Part shown: piece by piece, positions 38,901 through 53,700 of the stretch
Layout: each line of letters opens with the position of its first letter
Numbering within the stretch: the first letter of the stretch is position 1
Source of the DNA: Tubiluchus corallicola
Lineage: Eukaryota > Animalia > Priapulida
DNA: 64,000 bases
Assembly: GCA_030141605.1 (NCBI GenBank)
Contig: JAQGDQ010000595.1
Coordinates: 1-64,000 of the forward strand
Direction of reading: 5' to 3'
Translations under genes and position numbers: made by a program
Notes under the pieces: generated by a model
What the model saw: only the letters and a program-made list of their open reading frames with translations
Told to the model about the DNA's origin: nothing
Databases searched by the model: none

Positions 38901-41686
38901 CTACATAAACAGCGAAGTAGTGTCCTGTTGAAAAGCAGAAAACCAAGTGGCCAAAACTACAGGTGAAATCCTTTAGGTGTGAAAACAGGTTTAGAGATTA
39001 TGCGTTCATAGAGACTGTAGAAGCCAATGAAAATTTAAACAGTAAAGAGAAAGATTTAACAATTTTAACAAGAACACCTGAAAGGGGCAGCGCTAAAAAT
39101 GGTATGATGACAATACAACATAAATTTAAATTTAGAGTAATTAAAATGATTTTCTTCTGTCCAACAACAGTGAAACAACATGGAAGTTACAATTCGACAA
39201 GAAACATCTCGGCACGGGCACTAGCCAATCAGAAATGAGAAAAAAATCTACTATCATGTGATAACTCACCCGATTCACGTTTAAATTAATAAAATGCAGA
39301 TATATGGAAATTATTGTATGGAAATTAAATTTTTAAAATGTTATAAAGAATGTGATTTGTTTATGTAATCTACATCCATAAACTGTAGAAATTTACTTAC
39401 CTATGGTCATACGAGAGGGGAAACCATGGGGGTTGAAGATAATATCAGGAACCATCCCGCTCTCGGTGAACGGCAGATCCTCTACAGGCCAGAATTTACT
39501 ACAAATGCCTTTCTGTCCATGTCGACTAGCAAATTTGTCTCCAATAATGGGATTCCTCTGAAAGGATAAAACAAGCTAACTGCGAAAATTGCCAGTATGT
39601 TAAAGCAGACGGTAGTTTCATTGTCTGTGACCTCCAAAATACTGTAAACTAAGATGCTGCTCATCGAATTACAATTCTGGGGCCGTAATTTTGGGGCTGG
39701 TTACAAATTTGTAAAATTACTTTATAAGGTTCAATGAATATCATGTCCCTTACTGTCGTACTAATAGTGCCAGACATGTACAGATATGTGCAGTTGTGGA
39801 TTCTGCAGATAAAGAAGAAAGTCACATCTATCCATCTCTGCTAGAGATAACTCACATTTATTCGTAGTTGAATCACAACTTTTGTTAGTTCATCCTTCCC
39901 TGTATCGCTGCCAAGAATCTTAATTTGCTCCACGTAAGCTGACTCCATGCCCTTAAACCTTTCAACTTTGATCAAACCAGTTTGTAGGTTCATGTAACTA
40001 TAATATGGATCACCTTGTTGTAAGTAGGTGCCAATGGGTGGAAGGCCATCTGAATCTAAATTGTTCTGAAAAACAAAGTATAAATTACTGGGAGCATAGT
40101 TCACCTAGATGTACTTGTATCTCTTGTGGGCAATAGAACAACTTGCTCAAGTGTTCTCTATATATGGTTAGTAGAATGAATCTTGAGGAAAAACTAACCC
40201 AGCTATATAAACAAAATATTTTTACAAGCCTTCTCAATTGTGTTCTTACTTAATGCATAACTAACTGTTCTTGTAATTGTATGGCTATAAAACTTATCTA
40301 CGGCCATATCACGTTGAAAACACAGGTTCTCGTCTGATCACCGAAGTTAAGCAACGTAGAGCCTGGTTAGTACTTGGATGGGTGACCGCTTAGGAATACC
40401 AGGTGCTGTAGGCTTGCGAGATGTTCACACTGTGTCTCGACACTAGTCGGAGGAGTTGCACAAGCAGCCAACGGCTAGAGGGCGGAGGAGGTCAAGTGAC
40501 CCAGCGGCCACGTGTAGAGGAGTAAACCTTCCAAATCAGGAGTGGAGCTCCGAAGGCGGACCAGTGCAGCATGTTCACTGACTCCGGCAGCTCCTGAAGC
40601 CAACCTGGTGCCAAACATATCGCTCTGCTTTCCTTTGGACTACACCAGGGAGGAAGAGAGGGGGTTCCTGTTGTCTGGGCAACTCAGGATCTCCATACAC
40701 CTTGCCCAGGCGTGCGCCCCGGAGACGTTCAAGGATCGCACTGCTCAGCCGCAGTCGACGCTGCAGCTCCATCAATGTGATTAATAACTGACTCTCTTAG
40801 CGCACACTCCATTGTCTTCCGAGACAGAAGGATGCCATCAATAAAACTTATAAATGACGTATCTACTCTCTGAAAGGCTTTTATACAGGTTATACCTGTT
40901 AGCCAATCAGGGTTTGGTTAATTGTTCATTGTTTTCATTATAAATGTACCTATGATTGTACTATTTCTTATCAAAAAACATTGTTTAAACTAACAAAATG
41001 TTGTTCCAATTTAATATAATTAACTTGATTAATCAGCTGAAAATATCGAAATTTCTTTTCAGATCATCTCAACTAAACCCCGACCAAAATGTTACATTCT
41101 TTCAAACTATCCAAGACTATATAAAATCTATGCACTGCTTTCCATCAATTGATTGTTTGTAGTATTACTAATTTAACATCAATATTTATTTAAAGGAAGA
41201 CAGGATGATTTTTCATATACTACCCCATTTTCAAATACGGTAAAAATTATACATTTTAACACCAATCATATTGCAAAGCGTTTCTGGTAATAAAAAAATG
41301 ATTAATATCTTAATTAATGGCGGGCGAGCCCAACTCGTGATGACATCACAAACTAATATAATTTTCAACATCAAAAACCTTTCATGAGCGTGCGTTGCAT
41401 GTGTTTGTGAAAGCGAAAATTGAAGTACAATGCTACAGAAAGAGATTCAGTGTGTTGTACTAAAACTAGGCAAGCTTTGAGATAAAAATTTAAATTTCAC
41501 ATTTACCACTGTACTCATGCATGAGCTGTCGAACATGTGCAGTTCATCGAAAACTAGCACATCTGAATTGAGAGGTATAGCACTTGTTTTATATATATAA
41601 ATATGTATATACATGAAGGTAGATAAACAGAAAAGAAAGTAGTGAGAGAGAGAGACAGAGAGGGTAGAGGGGGAGAGTGAGAGAGG

Positions 41687-41782
<96 letters not shown>

Positions 41783-44700
41783 AAGAGAGAGACCTGAATG
41801 CATCTTACCTTAACAAGTTCATCACTTGGGTTGCCACAAAATCGTAAAGAGCAAGGCCCTCGTTCATTGGATTTCGTTTTTAAGTTGATCATCTCACATT
41901 TGTAAACCATTCCGTGTGCAAAGCCTCTTTGATATGAGGCTTTATTAATAATCATGGCATCTTCCATGTCATACCCCTTTCCAAAAGTAACACATTTAAT
42001 TTTACACTACAAAGAAATACTGTTGGAATAACAAGATATTCAGGAACGTGAACAATAATTATAAAAACGTTCTAGCGGTGCCCGGTGGGACTCTCAGAAG
42101 GAGATATACGGCTCATCAGAAAGAGGAAGAATGGGGCTACACGATGATGTGGGCTATATTGTAGGGCAGGTCCACCGAGAGGAGTATCAACGAGTTAATT
42201 AGGTGTTCTATTTTCGACAATTTTCGCTTAGAAAACTGCTGACGCATGCCATTGTAGTGACGTCATCCATTATACTCTGCCTATAACTTTAATTCAGTAA
42301 AAGCTGCTTTGCGTTAGGTAAGTAAACAACGAGTAGGCAGGATGTTATGGGCTTTGTGTTATAAATGAGGACTTGGTAGGATGTTCGCGTATTATTGATT
42401 ACACGTGTATTTTTACGCAAATTTTTTTGCGGGGCCTTTGCTAGTTAATAATTAAAGCTATTTGAACTAGACCATTAATTAAAATGCAAAAGTAACAAGG
42501 AATCAATAACGGATTACCCTTGCTAAAAGTAATCAGTAATGAGTAATCTGATTACAATTTTTTCGAAGTAATCAGTAACCATACCAAATTACTTTTCAAA
42601 AGTAAGGAACCCGACGCTGCCTATGAGTGATATTAGTTATAACTTACCGTATACGAAATAACAGCAACAATGGCATTCGTTCCGGATGGATAATTATCAC
42701 AGGAAAGCATCTCGTACGATTGCGGTCTCACCAACGCGGATTGGGGAAACAGCAACCGGTAAAGCTTGTTATCGGAGCGATGACCAAACGCGTGCAGTGG
42801 CGTACCCATCGTTTGCTTACCCATCTGACACTGGTACATGTTTCTCGGACTTTGGTTGAAGTCCGGAAACGGTATGAGCGCCGCGGCATCGCTGAGTATG
42901 CAAGTTTCGCTTAATTCTTGATGTGTGGTGACACCGTGCACAGCCTCCTCGGGTTTCAAGCAGATGTTCAGATAAACTTGTTCAAACGTGCCAATCATTT
43001 CCACTGTTTTCGTGGCAAGATTTATCACGGGTCGTACCATTCGTGCCATACTAGTAAAGAGGTATAGGGCTGGATACTGACTAGCCACCTCAGTTTTCTC
43101 TACTAAACATATTTCCATTAATCGCGGTACCTAAAAGGCAGAAGGTATATTGTTAAGGTCAGTTTCTGGTGTAGGTGGCAGCACCTATGTGAACTTACCT
43201 GTAATTTTACCTGTGAAGTTGTAAATTAGGTTGTGCCTCGCTAAACACGCTCACAGAAGCCTCAGCAAACGTTAAACAATGTTTAGATACATTTTCAAGT
43301 AATTATTTGTAGCGTCTTTACCTGATTTGCTGTAAACCAGTATGACGTTTCAAGGATCTATTAAGTTGTTATAGCCGCACGATGTGAGTAATATTTACTT
43401 TATTATCTTAAATTATAATAATTAGATGATTTTACATTTGTAATCTGTGAAAAGCAGTCAAATTTATTATTTTCATTTTTTTATATATACAGAAATAAAG
43501 ATTTCTGAGAACACCATATGCTATGAAGGAAATTCTTTTGTGTTCCCGTCACATATATCATAATAGACCAAACTGGCAGTTAAAAGATTGTTAATCACAA
43601 TAAGATTTAATAATAAAAAAAAACAATATTTTGCGAAACCACAGCTCAGTTCATCAGGTTACGTAAATTAGTCACACAATGTTACAATGTTAACCGCTCA
43701 ATGGAAGCCCTTGCACAAGATCGCTCAGCATGGCGGAGTGCCATCACCTCGGGGGCTAAGACAGCAGAAGCGAAAAGAATTGAGGAGGCAGAGGAGAAGC
43801 GCAAGAGACGCAAGGCATGTGACACTGCCCAACAACAGGTCCAAACACCCAGCCTCACCTGTGCCAAATGCCAAAGAAGTTTCCAGGCCAGAATTGGCCT
43901 AGTCAGTCACCTTCGAGCTCATCAAAGGAATGACAACCCCTCGAACTGACCTTTTATCCCTGTCACTATGGTCATCTTCGATTCAAAGGACAAACATCAT
44001 CATCATCATCATCATCATCGTTACAAAATGTAAAATTTTAAAACAGTAACTTTAATATAAACAAATTACATCACACAATAAAGTGGAATGGTAGAATGGT
44101 TGCCATGGTAGGTCAAAATGATACTTATTAACTGGAGAGGAAACACTTATATTCTGCTGCCGTTTGATATGGAAGTAATTATCCAAATTTGCACATACTG
44201 CAAATGGTTGGAAATGATTCTGAAGTTACTGAAAAACCCATAAGAATGCATGTATACTGGCACAGAGAAGTGAGTAAGGGGTTATAAAAATAGTATTTTT
44301 AGTGTTTTTGAACATTTTGTTGATACGTTGATGCTAGAATACAAAAGTCTAATATATTTAGCATTTGTTTTCATAAAAAACAAAAAAAATTGGCATTTGT
44401 CCCAATTTTCAGTGCATTCTACTTTGAAGCACAATAATGTAGTTTTAGCTATGCCAACTTATGGATGGTTTTGGTTTGAAAGGACATATATTGTGACATC
44501 ATAATAGTTCACATATAAATTTCAAAAAAAAAATACATGCAAGTTATTTCTTACCCTCTCTTGTTGTGTAACTTTAAAGTACCGCAAGATGTTGGCAAAT
44601 TTTCTAGCAGCGTCATGAGCAATCCATCCAATCATCTTTCCATCTAACATTACCGGGTAATGACTAGAAAACCTTCCTAACGCAGCGTCATTTTCAAGCA

Positions 44701-47700
44701 TCCCCAGGGAAATCAACAGTCCCGGAAGATGACCCGTGAAAACTTGAACATTTGCAATCTGGGCTAATACTGCCAAGTGGTTGAGCAGACCGCACGGAGC
44801 TCCGTCTGGTGTGTGAACAGGGCATAAAAAACCCCACGCTTCGGGAAGTAGCTTACGTACAGCGGTCGTGCGCATCTCGGCAAAAAATGCTCCACGGTGG
44901 ACGCTACGAAAATGAGACAAGTAACGCATGAAGTTGAGTTTATCGGCTACCACTGCAAATCCTGTAGTCTGCATGAGACCCAAACCTGTCTTAGACACAA
45001 GGTTTCCAGTAGAGATAAGATAGTCCATTGCACGAGTTATATCAGCCACCTTTCCTAATGCATCAGTCATTAGTTCTGAAAAATGACAAAAATGTATCGG
45101 GGTATGATGGTATTTTATAATAACGTAGGCAGCTAAGGTCACAATTTATGTTGTGTTTTGTTTCTCTCGGAAGGCTCGTAGAGAAAACCAGAAAACACTT
45201 CATCACATTAAACTACTTTATTAAGAGAGAATTCTACAACAAAAAACGTATGAAAGAACACGAAATGATTACACTAAACATGAAAATCTGGAAAACGTTT
45301 GAGTGTATCTGAAAATACAGGTATATAAGAGAATGTGTAAGTGGCGTCTGTGTGAATCTGCTTGTGTTCCAGTCTCAGCGGCCTGCTTCGCCTTATATAG
45401 CGCCCCCGAGAAGCTTCCAGAAGTTTTGTTCCAGAACATTCTACACGGTAACACGATCATGCCAGTGGAACATTCTACAATGTTCTATGCTATTTTAAAA
45501 TATGCCAGCGATCTCAACAACAATTGACCGTATTTATTCGAGTATAACGCGCACTCCTAATTTTCGATTAAAAATCGGTATAAAATTTTGTTTCACTTTT
45601 TCTCGGCTCAGACCAACATTGTAAGTGACAAACGTTGTTGAACAACTCCAGTCTCTAACATTCATCTCTGGTACAGTGAATTCTCGGCTAGCTGCTCGAT
45701 TTCCGTGGGCCAGGCACCGTCTAGACATTGCACCGTCTGACAAAGTCTGCTGATATTGATACATCTAAGCGTGTCAACCCAGCCCTCGTTTATAATGCGC
45801 ACCCATACTTTGAGTTCTTTTGTAGGTAGAAAATTTTGCGCATTATACTCGAATAAATACGGTACATTACATTAAGTAGAAATTAATACATACTTTACGT
45901 GATGGGTAGAGTATATTTCACAAAGGGTTTGCTCAGTGATTTGCTTAGCCTTTTTGAGTAGTGCAAGTTTTGATGAGTTTAATCCTTACAATAATAAATT
46001 TGCAAAAAAACACGCATAACAAAAGTAGTTACACATCCAAGCTAAATTAATGCACACACTCAGTCTTTGAATAAGAAATAAAAATAAGAATTTATAAAAT
46101 TTGAAACACGAATTTTGAAAAGCTTTGCAAAGTATTCTTAGCAGTAACTACAAAAACGGTTATACGTTGGCGAATTTCTGGAATTTTTAGTGATACCCAT
46201 GCAATGTCAATAGTCAAAAAATCCAAACAAGATTAATATACTAGCATAGGGGTGTGCAAATTATCTGACTAGCCGGGCCACATTAAACTTTCCCGCAATT
46301 CCTGCGGGCCACAGGCAGTTTGATCAAGGAGCCAAGTACAGAAAAGCTTAATAACGATTTTTTTTGTATCCGACCTGCGTACATCATTACTACTACACTC
46401 AAGAAACTATTTTAGAAGTTATTAAAATTTATATTACAAGCCTATATTTCTACTTTCAGGACAGATAGTGGTAATTTCATTACAATGCATATTAGTAATG
46501 TGTATCACACAGTCTGTGTAGTACAGTGACATTAAGCTACAACCATCTTGTAAGGGTTAATGGCATCCGATCTAGTAGAAAAAACTACCCGCGCTATCTT
46601 TGGGATCGTGGCACGGACTTCAGCTGGATACACTCAATTAATCGCCCGGGCCGCACTTTCATTAGGTTGACAAATCTCTTCGCGGGCCGCACAAATTCTC
46701 TCGACGGGCCGCAATTTGCACATCCCTGTACTAGCAAAACAAAGTGCCATCCATCAAAATGACTGCAATAAAGATATTGTTACGGAGGCACCTGTGTCGA
46801 GTCAGGTGTAGGGCCCTCTACACGCCCTGCTTCCACGTCAGCAGCGACTCACCCCTTTCTTGTAGGTCCAGACGTCTTGTTTAGGCCTACACGTGGTGTG
46901 AGAAGCCAGCTGACCTGGAATGCCAGCATAAAAGCGTGTAGAGGTCACTACAGCCGGGATTTCTGACACAGGTGCTCCTCGGGTGTAGTGCTGTTACTAG
47001 TGTAGAGTTAGTTAGTTATTTTTGTGCACATGTATTTTTGGTTCCTTAATTTTAGTAGTGCTGTTAATAAACTCCGTACAGTGTAGTTTTTGTGTATTTT
47101 GTCTTATGAGAGTTGGATGACACACTATAACAGGTATAAGGTACTAGTTTGCAGACATTAATTTAGCTAATTAACATTAAGATTTGTAATTAAGTATTGG
47201 TTGCACAACGATTATAAAATGGATCTTCATGATGCGAAATATCAGGACCGCCATGCCATCTTGGAGTTCGACCACCTGGGTCGAATTCAGTCCAATATTA
47301 ATTACAAAAGAAAGTAAGATTCGTTACAATGTTTATTAAAACTTACTTGGAGTTAGGCTGACATTTTCAGTTTTTCCTCTTGTGGAGATGATTTTTTTAA
47401 TACTTAATTGCAAAGCTTGCAACCATCCTTCTACTTTTTCCTGCACAAAAATATCAACTAGGATCATTAATTTCATGTTGAATATTAGAGAACACTAGAT
47501 TTTTTCATAGTGAGAAATACCATAGAATTAACTACAGTATAGTATTAAGTACAACTATTTGTGTTAACTGCAAAACATAACATTTATTTTAAAGACTTAC
47601 ACTTTAGATACACAGTAAAAAAGCTAGAATCTAAACACTTTTGTCTATCTTGCAGAGTTACACTTGTGGAACACTCGTATATCTATACACTTGTGTTATA

Positions 47701-50700
47701 GTTTCTACTAGAGTTCAGCTAATTTGTGAAGCAGCACACATTTGTTGATAGTAACAATCACTTTACAGGAAGGCAGGATAATTTTTCACATACAACTCTA
47801 TTTTCAAGTCTGATAAAAAGGATACATTTGACCACAATTAATACTGAAAAAGTATTTCTGATAATTAAATAATAAATTAAAAACTTAATTACAGCGGGCG
47901 AGCCCAACTATTTATGACATCACGAACTAACATAATTTTTGACAGCAAAAATATTCCATGAGCGTGTTGCACGTGTTTGCGAAAGCGAAAATTGAAGCAC
48001 AGTGCTACTGTGAGACATTCGGTGTGTTGTACTAAAACTAGGCAAGTTTTAAGATAAAAATTCAAATTTCAAATTTACTGCTGTACTCACGCATGAGCTG
48101 TCAAATGTGTGGAGTTCGTGTCACATCTGAACTGAGAGGTACAGCACCTGTTTTTTGTGCAATGCATTTCCGAAAAGCAGGCGCTAGTGCCTGTCTAATT
48201 AGCGAATGGTGAAATGCATGTAACAGCAAAGAACAAGTGGCGTGAACGTGAAACTGTGTTTGCATGGTAATAATTATTTCACGTAAGTCATTTTTGAAAA
48301 AATAGCATGATTCATTTCAACATTTTAAATTGTTTGTAGATTGTTTTAACCGAGAGTTTAAGATTGAGTCCGCTTTTGCTTTAAAACACAAGAACCATCA
48401 GGAAATTATATGACACAACGTTTAAGCCACAAAATATCATAAAATATTATATATTTAGGTTTACGTTTGAGAAGTAAACAACCAACGACAATGGTCATTA
48501 ACTGGTCAGCTGGAAATAAAAAACATTTATAAAAAGTAGGTACAACATTAAATTTCACTGGTGCCCAAATGTCACATATCCAAACAAAACGTCTATATGT
48601 CATACATACATGTCATACAAATGTGTATAACAAATGTATATACAAAATTGTCTATATGTCATACAAACAAAACGTCATACATGTCTATATTTGCACAGAC
48701 ATGTATGAATTAATATTTAGACGATGCACCTCATTATAATACCAAACTCATTTAATGATTTGATGACAACTTTTTCTGAAGTCCTAAAGTGGACATCATA
48801 AAGAGGTTTGACTGTAGTGCTTTTAATATCAACCTTTTTGGTACCAGCTTGTGTAAGAGTAAGAGAAATTCAAATTGCAACTAAACCATATTAAAAAAGC
48901 AAAAGTGAAACAACTGCATTTTATTTATTACCTTGAGAACCATAAGGAACAGATGCCCGGATAACAAAACCTCCTGGTTGGCTGGGTTATCAGCACTTTC
49001 AGCACAGCATTCATTGTGAGCCAAAGCAAAAAGTTTCCTCGTCATGAAAACTAACACATCAAACTTTTCCCGGTTCGACTTTAGATGTATGCAAATACAC
49101 GAGCTGGAAAATAATCATTTCTGCTAGAAAAACATGACAGACAAGTGCCAACAGTCATAAACATACAGACGTGAATTTTATTGGTCTGTGTCCAAATGTT
49201 AAAAAATTGTTTCATACACTATTGAAGTTAAATGATGTTACATTGATAATTAAATATGAGAAACTGTAGATTATAAAAGAAAAGCATATTAAAATTACGT
49301 CATAAATTCAGTGGCGGCTCGTAGCTAAAATCAAAAGGGGTGCTGCTTCAGAAAATTTTTAGCCATTGTTTTAATACTGTCTAAAAAGAAACAAACATGT
49401 GTAATTTTAATGTTGTACTTCGTAATTGTAATTTTAACCAAACAAACATACGAAAGTTTATACATTAACTTGATAAGATCCTGAACAAAAAAATTTGCTC
49501 ACTAATAGCCTAAATTGTTACAGTTCAAACTTGATTCATTCACGGTAAGCATGTGACAACTGCAAACAAACTGTGTGAGCGACAATACTTTCTCTGCCTG
49601 GGCTCAGACACGGCCGCATGCGCACAACAGTGAAACACCACGTTGCTGGAGAACACTGTGTGAGTGACAGTACTTTCTCTACCTGGGCTCAGACATGCGC
49701 TACACATGGCCGCATGTGCACAACAGCCAAACACCGCGTTCCTGGAGCGCACGGTGCTGGGCTGTGAATACACTCATATGCTGTGGTTCTGCACAAGTAT
49801 AAAAAAGAACTAAAGAAAATGCACTTATTATATGGAATATTATCAATAATACTGAGTGAATATAGGGGGTGCTGCAGTTCCACAGGAACCATACATGAGT
49901 CACCACTGGAAAAATTCATATTGATGATTGTGATTTAGTGAATGACCTTCAAACATTCAAAAATGATTGCAAATTTTGGACCTTGGCAAAAATTTGTAAA
50001 TTGCTGATCAATTTGGTGACATAATTGTTGTCACAAGTAAACTTCCGTTTTCCGTGCAAAAGTAAAGATATCTGCTGATTCTTTCCATCAAATTGGCAGC
50101 CAGGCCCGTACGATAAAATACATCATACGATAAAAGGACAGGAAAAGGGGTACCTGAAGTAAGTTTAAATTATCTATAAAATAGATAATCTAATAGATAA
50201 TAAAGCAACTATCAGCAACTATAAGAAGGTGCTACAGTTGGACAACAAGAAGCTCTTTTTAGTTGATTTTATTTTGTTGTTCTTAACTAAACTTTTAAAG
50301 AAACATTAAATTTGCATCAACTCGCCTTGATGTGATATGAAACTATTACCTTAGCAAGTAATGCCCTGCTTGTGTGTCGGTGTAAAAGGAGGGAACTTGC
50401 ATCTGAACACGAAATGCGTTTCCTATGTAACGTACTAGCTCAGCCTGTCTGGTAGAGTAGATTTCCTGAGCTTGTCTCAACATTGAAGACATGCAACTAA
50501 CAAGGAGATAAACATAATGTAACATTCAGAATTAATGTAATGGATAATGTTTGTTCTTAATCAATAAGCCTAGAAATAATGAAGTTGAACTCAAATCAAA
50601 ACGTATTTAACTCCTGTTGTTGATTAATAGCATTATTAACCCAAAGTGTTTTTATCATTTCATAACAATTTTGACCTGTATTTCACATAAAATCTACATG

Positions 50701-53700
50701 CAATTTTTAGTTTAATCAAGATTGACCTTATTTTGTTGCCCGCTAATTAAACTACATGTATATTCTTTTCTCTGGATTATATAGAAAATGTCATACTTTT
50801 AAAATTACAAATGTTTCCTAAATTAAACTGATAACATTAATGCCCACCAGTGTCTAAAAATCTTTTTATCTATATTCGGTAAAGGATAGCAGACTAGGTG
50901 ACTTTATAGTCTTTTTGCTATCATTTCTCTAGTTCTAGATCTATCTATACATTTTAACCATTTTTCAAAACTTATTAGAGATTCTTTTATTAATCATGTT
51001 TTATTGTAACACTATAAAGAGATAAATAAATTGAAACTGAATTGAATTGATACAATAGGAATATTGAGCTTATCACTAATGTTATAGGTACCATTAACAA
51101 GCACAGTCAATAAGAAACTTGCAATCTGTTTTAAAGCACAAGAAAAGGAATACCTGAAGTTTCAGAAAAAATGCCTTAAATATTATACTACTTTACAGAA
51201 ATTTGCAGGTTTTTTAGCTGGTTCTATGGCTTGCTGAAGAGCTATCTTCACTGGAATATCATCAGGTAGTCTAAGCATATGCCCAATCCATCTTAAACTA
51301 TCTTGGGCATATGCTTAGTCTGGTACACTTAACCTTTGACCTTTTCACGATCACCATCAATTGTTGGAACTGTGAAAAAATTTATTGCTTTATAAATGCC
51401 TTGAAGTCAATGTCTTTAGGACGAAGATGTTGTTTACTATACATATGAGTGAAAGCCAGTGCGAAACCCCCTATCCTCGTGGAACGCCGGGGCAACTGCC
51501 CAGCGTACCCATGCGTTAAGAATGCTCTGCATCTATCTGGGTCCCAGGATCCCCTGTTTCTGCAAATGTGAAAGCGTAAAGAGCCATATTTTTACTGCCC
51601 GCCTGATTTATGTACACCGCACAAGAGCGATTCATCAAGCGCACATGACATACGTAAGTAGGGGAGACCCGGGTAAAGTGGATCACTGGGCAAAGCGGAT
51701 CAAATGTGTTAGCTCTTTTTTCCGTAAGGCGTCGCGATCTACGCACTGTGCGATGTTACGTCATCATCTACTGTGTACTCTGCATAAACGACCTCGACCT
51801 TTGCAAAGTTTGTCTAAGCGCGGTACACAAACGTAAGTTTTTCACCCACTTTCTTGCGATTTTTCACTTTTATAGATCATGATGATAAATTCCACTTAGT
51901 GCAGATTTATTCGCTACCGTTTTTACATATCATGGATGGTTCATTGCTGCTTCGTATCGATTTACTTTTGCAAAATAGACAAAATAGATTTAAAAGATAT
52001 TGTTAGTTATGTTGAACTCAACCGCTCCGGTATGATCCACTATGCCCGTAAAAGATCCACTTTGCCCTAGAAATTTTGGTTTCGTATTTCGGAATTATCT
52101 GTTAAACGAGTAATAGTAATTATAAGTTTTTACCACATGAATATAGCAAAGTTTCCTACGGAAGAATAGGGCATGTAATTGATTGTTACAGATCAAACAT
52201 TTTGAACTCTATGAGGGAAAACCCTTAAGTGATCCACTTTACCCGGGTCTCCCCTATTCTAGATGAAAACCAATATTTTGGTATATTTAAGGTTGCGCAT
52301 GTAAGTGTTCGAACATAATAACTACAAATGCACATATGACAGTCATACATCACTGTGCACTCTTGATGAATCGTAATAAAAGATTTACACGGACGTATCT
52401 CACACAAAATTGACATTCGGCACTTAAGTGTTACTGACGAATTGAAACATTTTAAAATACTTGAAACATCTACCTTTTGTAAAACGAATCGTCTTCCTTG
52501 CCTTTAATAAGCTCGTTGTAAATTTCCAAGTCGGTAACGTCAACTAAGGCCTGGCAAACAAACAATTAAAAAAGAACTGCACTCACATATTGGTTTGCGG
52601 GACATTGCTTTTATGGATATCGGAGAAATCAGAAAAAATCTCAACCGTTAAAGGTCCTGCATACTACGGATACAGTCCATTATTTCGTGAGATGACCGCT
52701 AGATGGCGGGCCATCTCACTTTGTTTACATAATTACATCGGTGTATGCAAGAAGTACGTAACGACACGTATATGTTGTATGTCAGGAGCGGCCAGACGTT
52801 TTTGAGACAATAAGGTGATTTTACATTACCGTGAGCCTAATACACAGCGCCTACTGTATTAGCGTAGTTTGTTATATCATTAATTGTTATTTGTGTTATT
52901 GTTGTGTTTCATGATTTATTGTATTATTTGTATTAATTTGTGATGTGTATATGAACTTTGTGAAGTTTGAAATAAAATATTAAATCTAATTCTAAATCTA
53001 AATTAGCTTAGTATCAGTAAATACGGACAACTGGCAAATTTCGACCGACGTCTCCCCACTTTTGTCCGGCAAACCGAGATATGAGTGTAATGCAGCGAGT
53101 GATAATAAATTAAAATACAGCCTATCTGATGACAATAACGAAGAAATACAACTATCTGTAAAGTAATAAAATGCTTATAAACAGAATACCAGTTATCCAT
53201 TAAAGTACAGAAGATGCGGAACATGTCTGAACATATGAATACGAATACAACATTAATTTTGTCAGTATCGCCAACAAAAAATATACAGGTCACTGCATCT
53301 GTTTCTGCAAGTAGGGCATTTCAATGCACTCAGTTATTAAATTAAATAAGTTATTAAATTATATAATCCCCTATTAACATAGTTTAAAAAATAAACCACA
53401 CATTCTTGTCCCACACATTTAACAAACAAAATTAAAACTTGCTGTGACATAAATGCTAAAAAAATTGATTTCGCTTGCAGGATGAATCCAAGTCAGTGGA
53501 TTTGTTATTAATGAATAAGCCTAGAAATAATGAAGTTGAACTCAAATCAAAATGTATTCAACTCCTGTTGTTGATTAATTGCATTATTAACCCAAAGTGT
53601 TTTTATCATTTCATAACAATTTTGACCTGTATTTCACATAAAATCTAAGTGCAATTTTTAGTTTAATCAAGATTGACCTTATTTTGTTGCCCGCTAATTA

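Noticed and set aside
40296-40415. Functional 5S rRNA gene (also 14542-14659, 37647-37734)
   Set aside because: No oligo-T terminator, fused to a shared body and tail and bounded by TSDs, or truncated; these are SINE heads.
40411-40500. HDV-like ribozyme in the SINE body
   Set aside because: Small hairpins exist (GTGT-CTCG-ACAC, GYTGC-ACAA-GCAGC), but no convincing P2/P1.1 pseudoknot pairing could be built by eye.
41447-41803. SL-repeat ORF
   Set aside because: Translation of a (TC)n microsatellite in an intron.
52687-52719. GC-rich hairpin GTGAGATG..CCGC/GCGG..CATCTCAC as an ncRNA
   Set aside because: Single short stem in a probable decayed repeat; no recognisable RNA family.
53106-53128. 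Hammerhead core CTGATGA...GAAA (CTGATGA also at ~9944 and ~11833)
   Set aside because: No stem II or flanking helices; chance matches.
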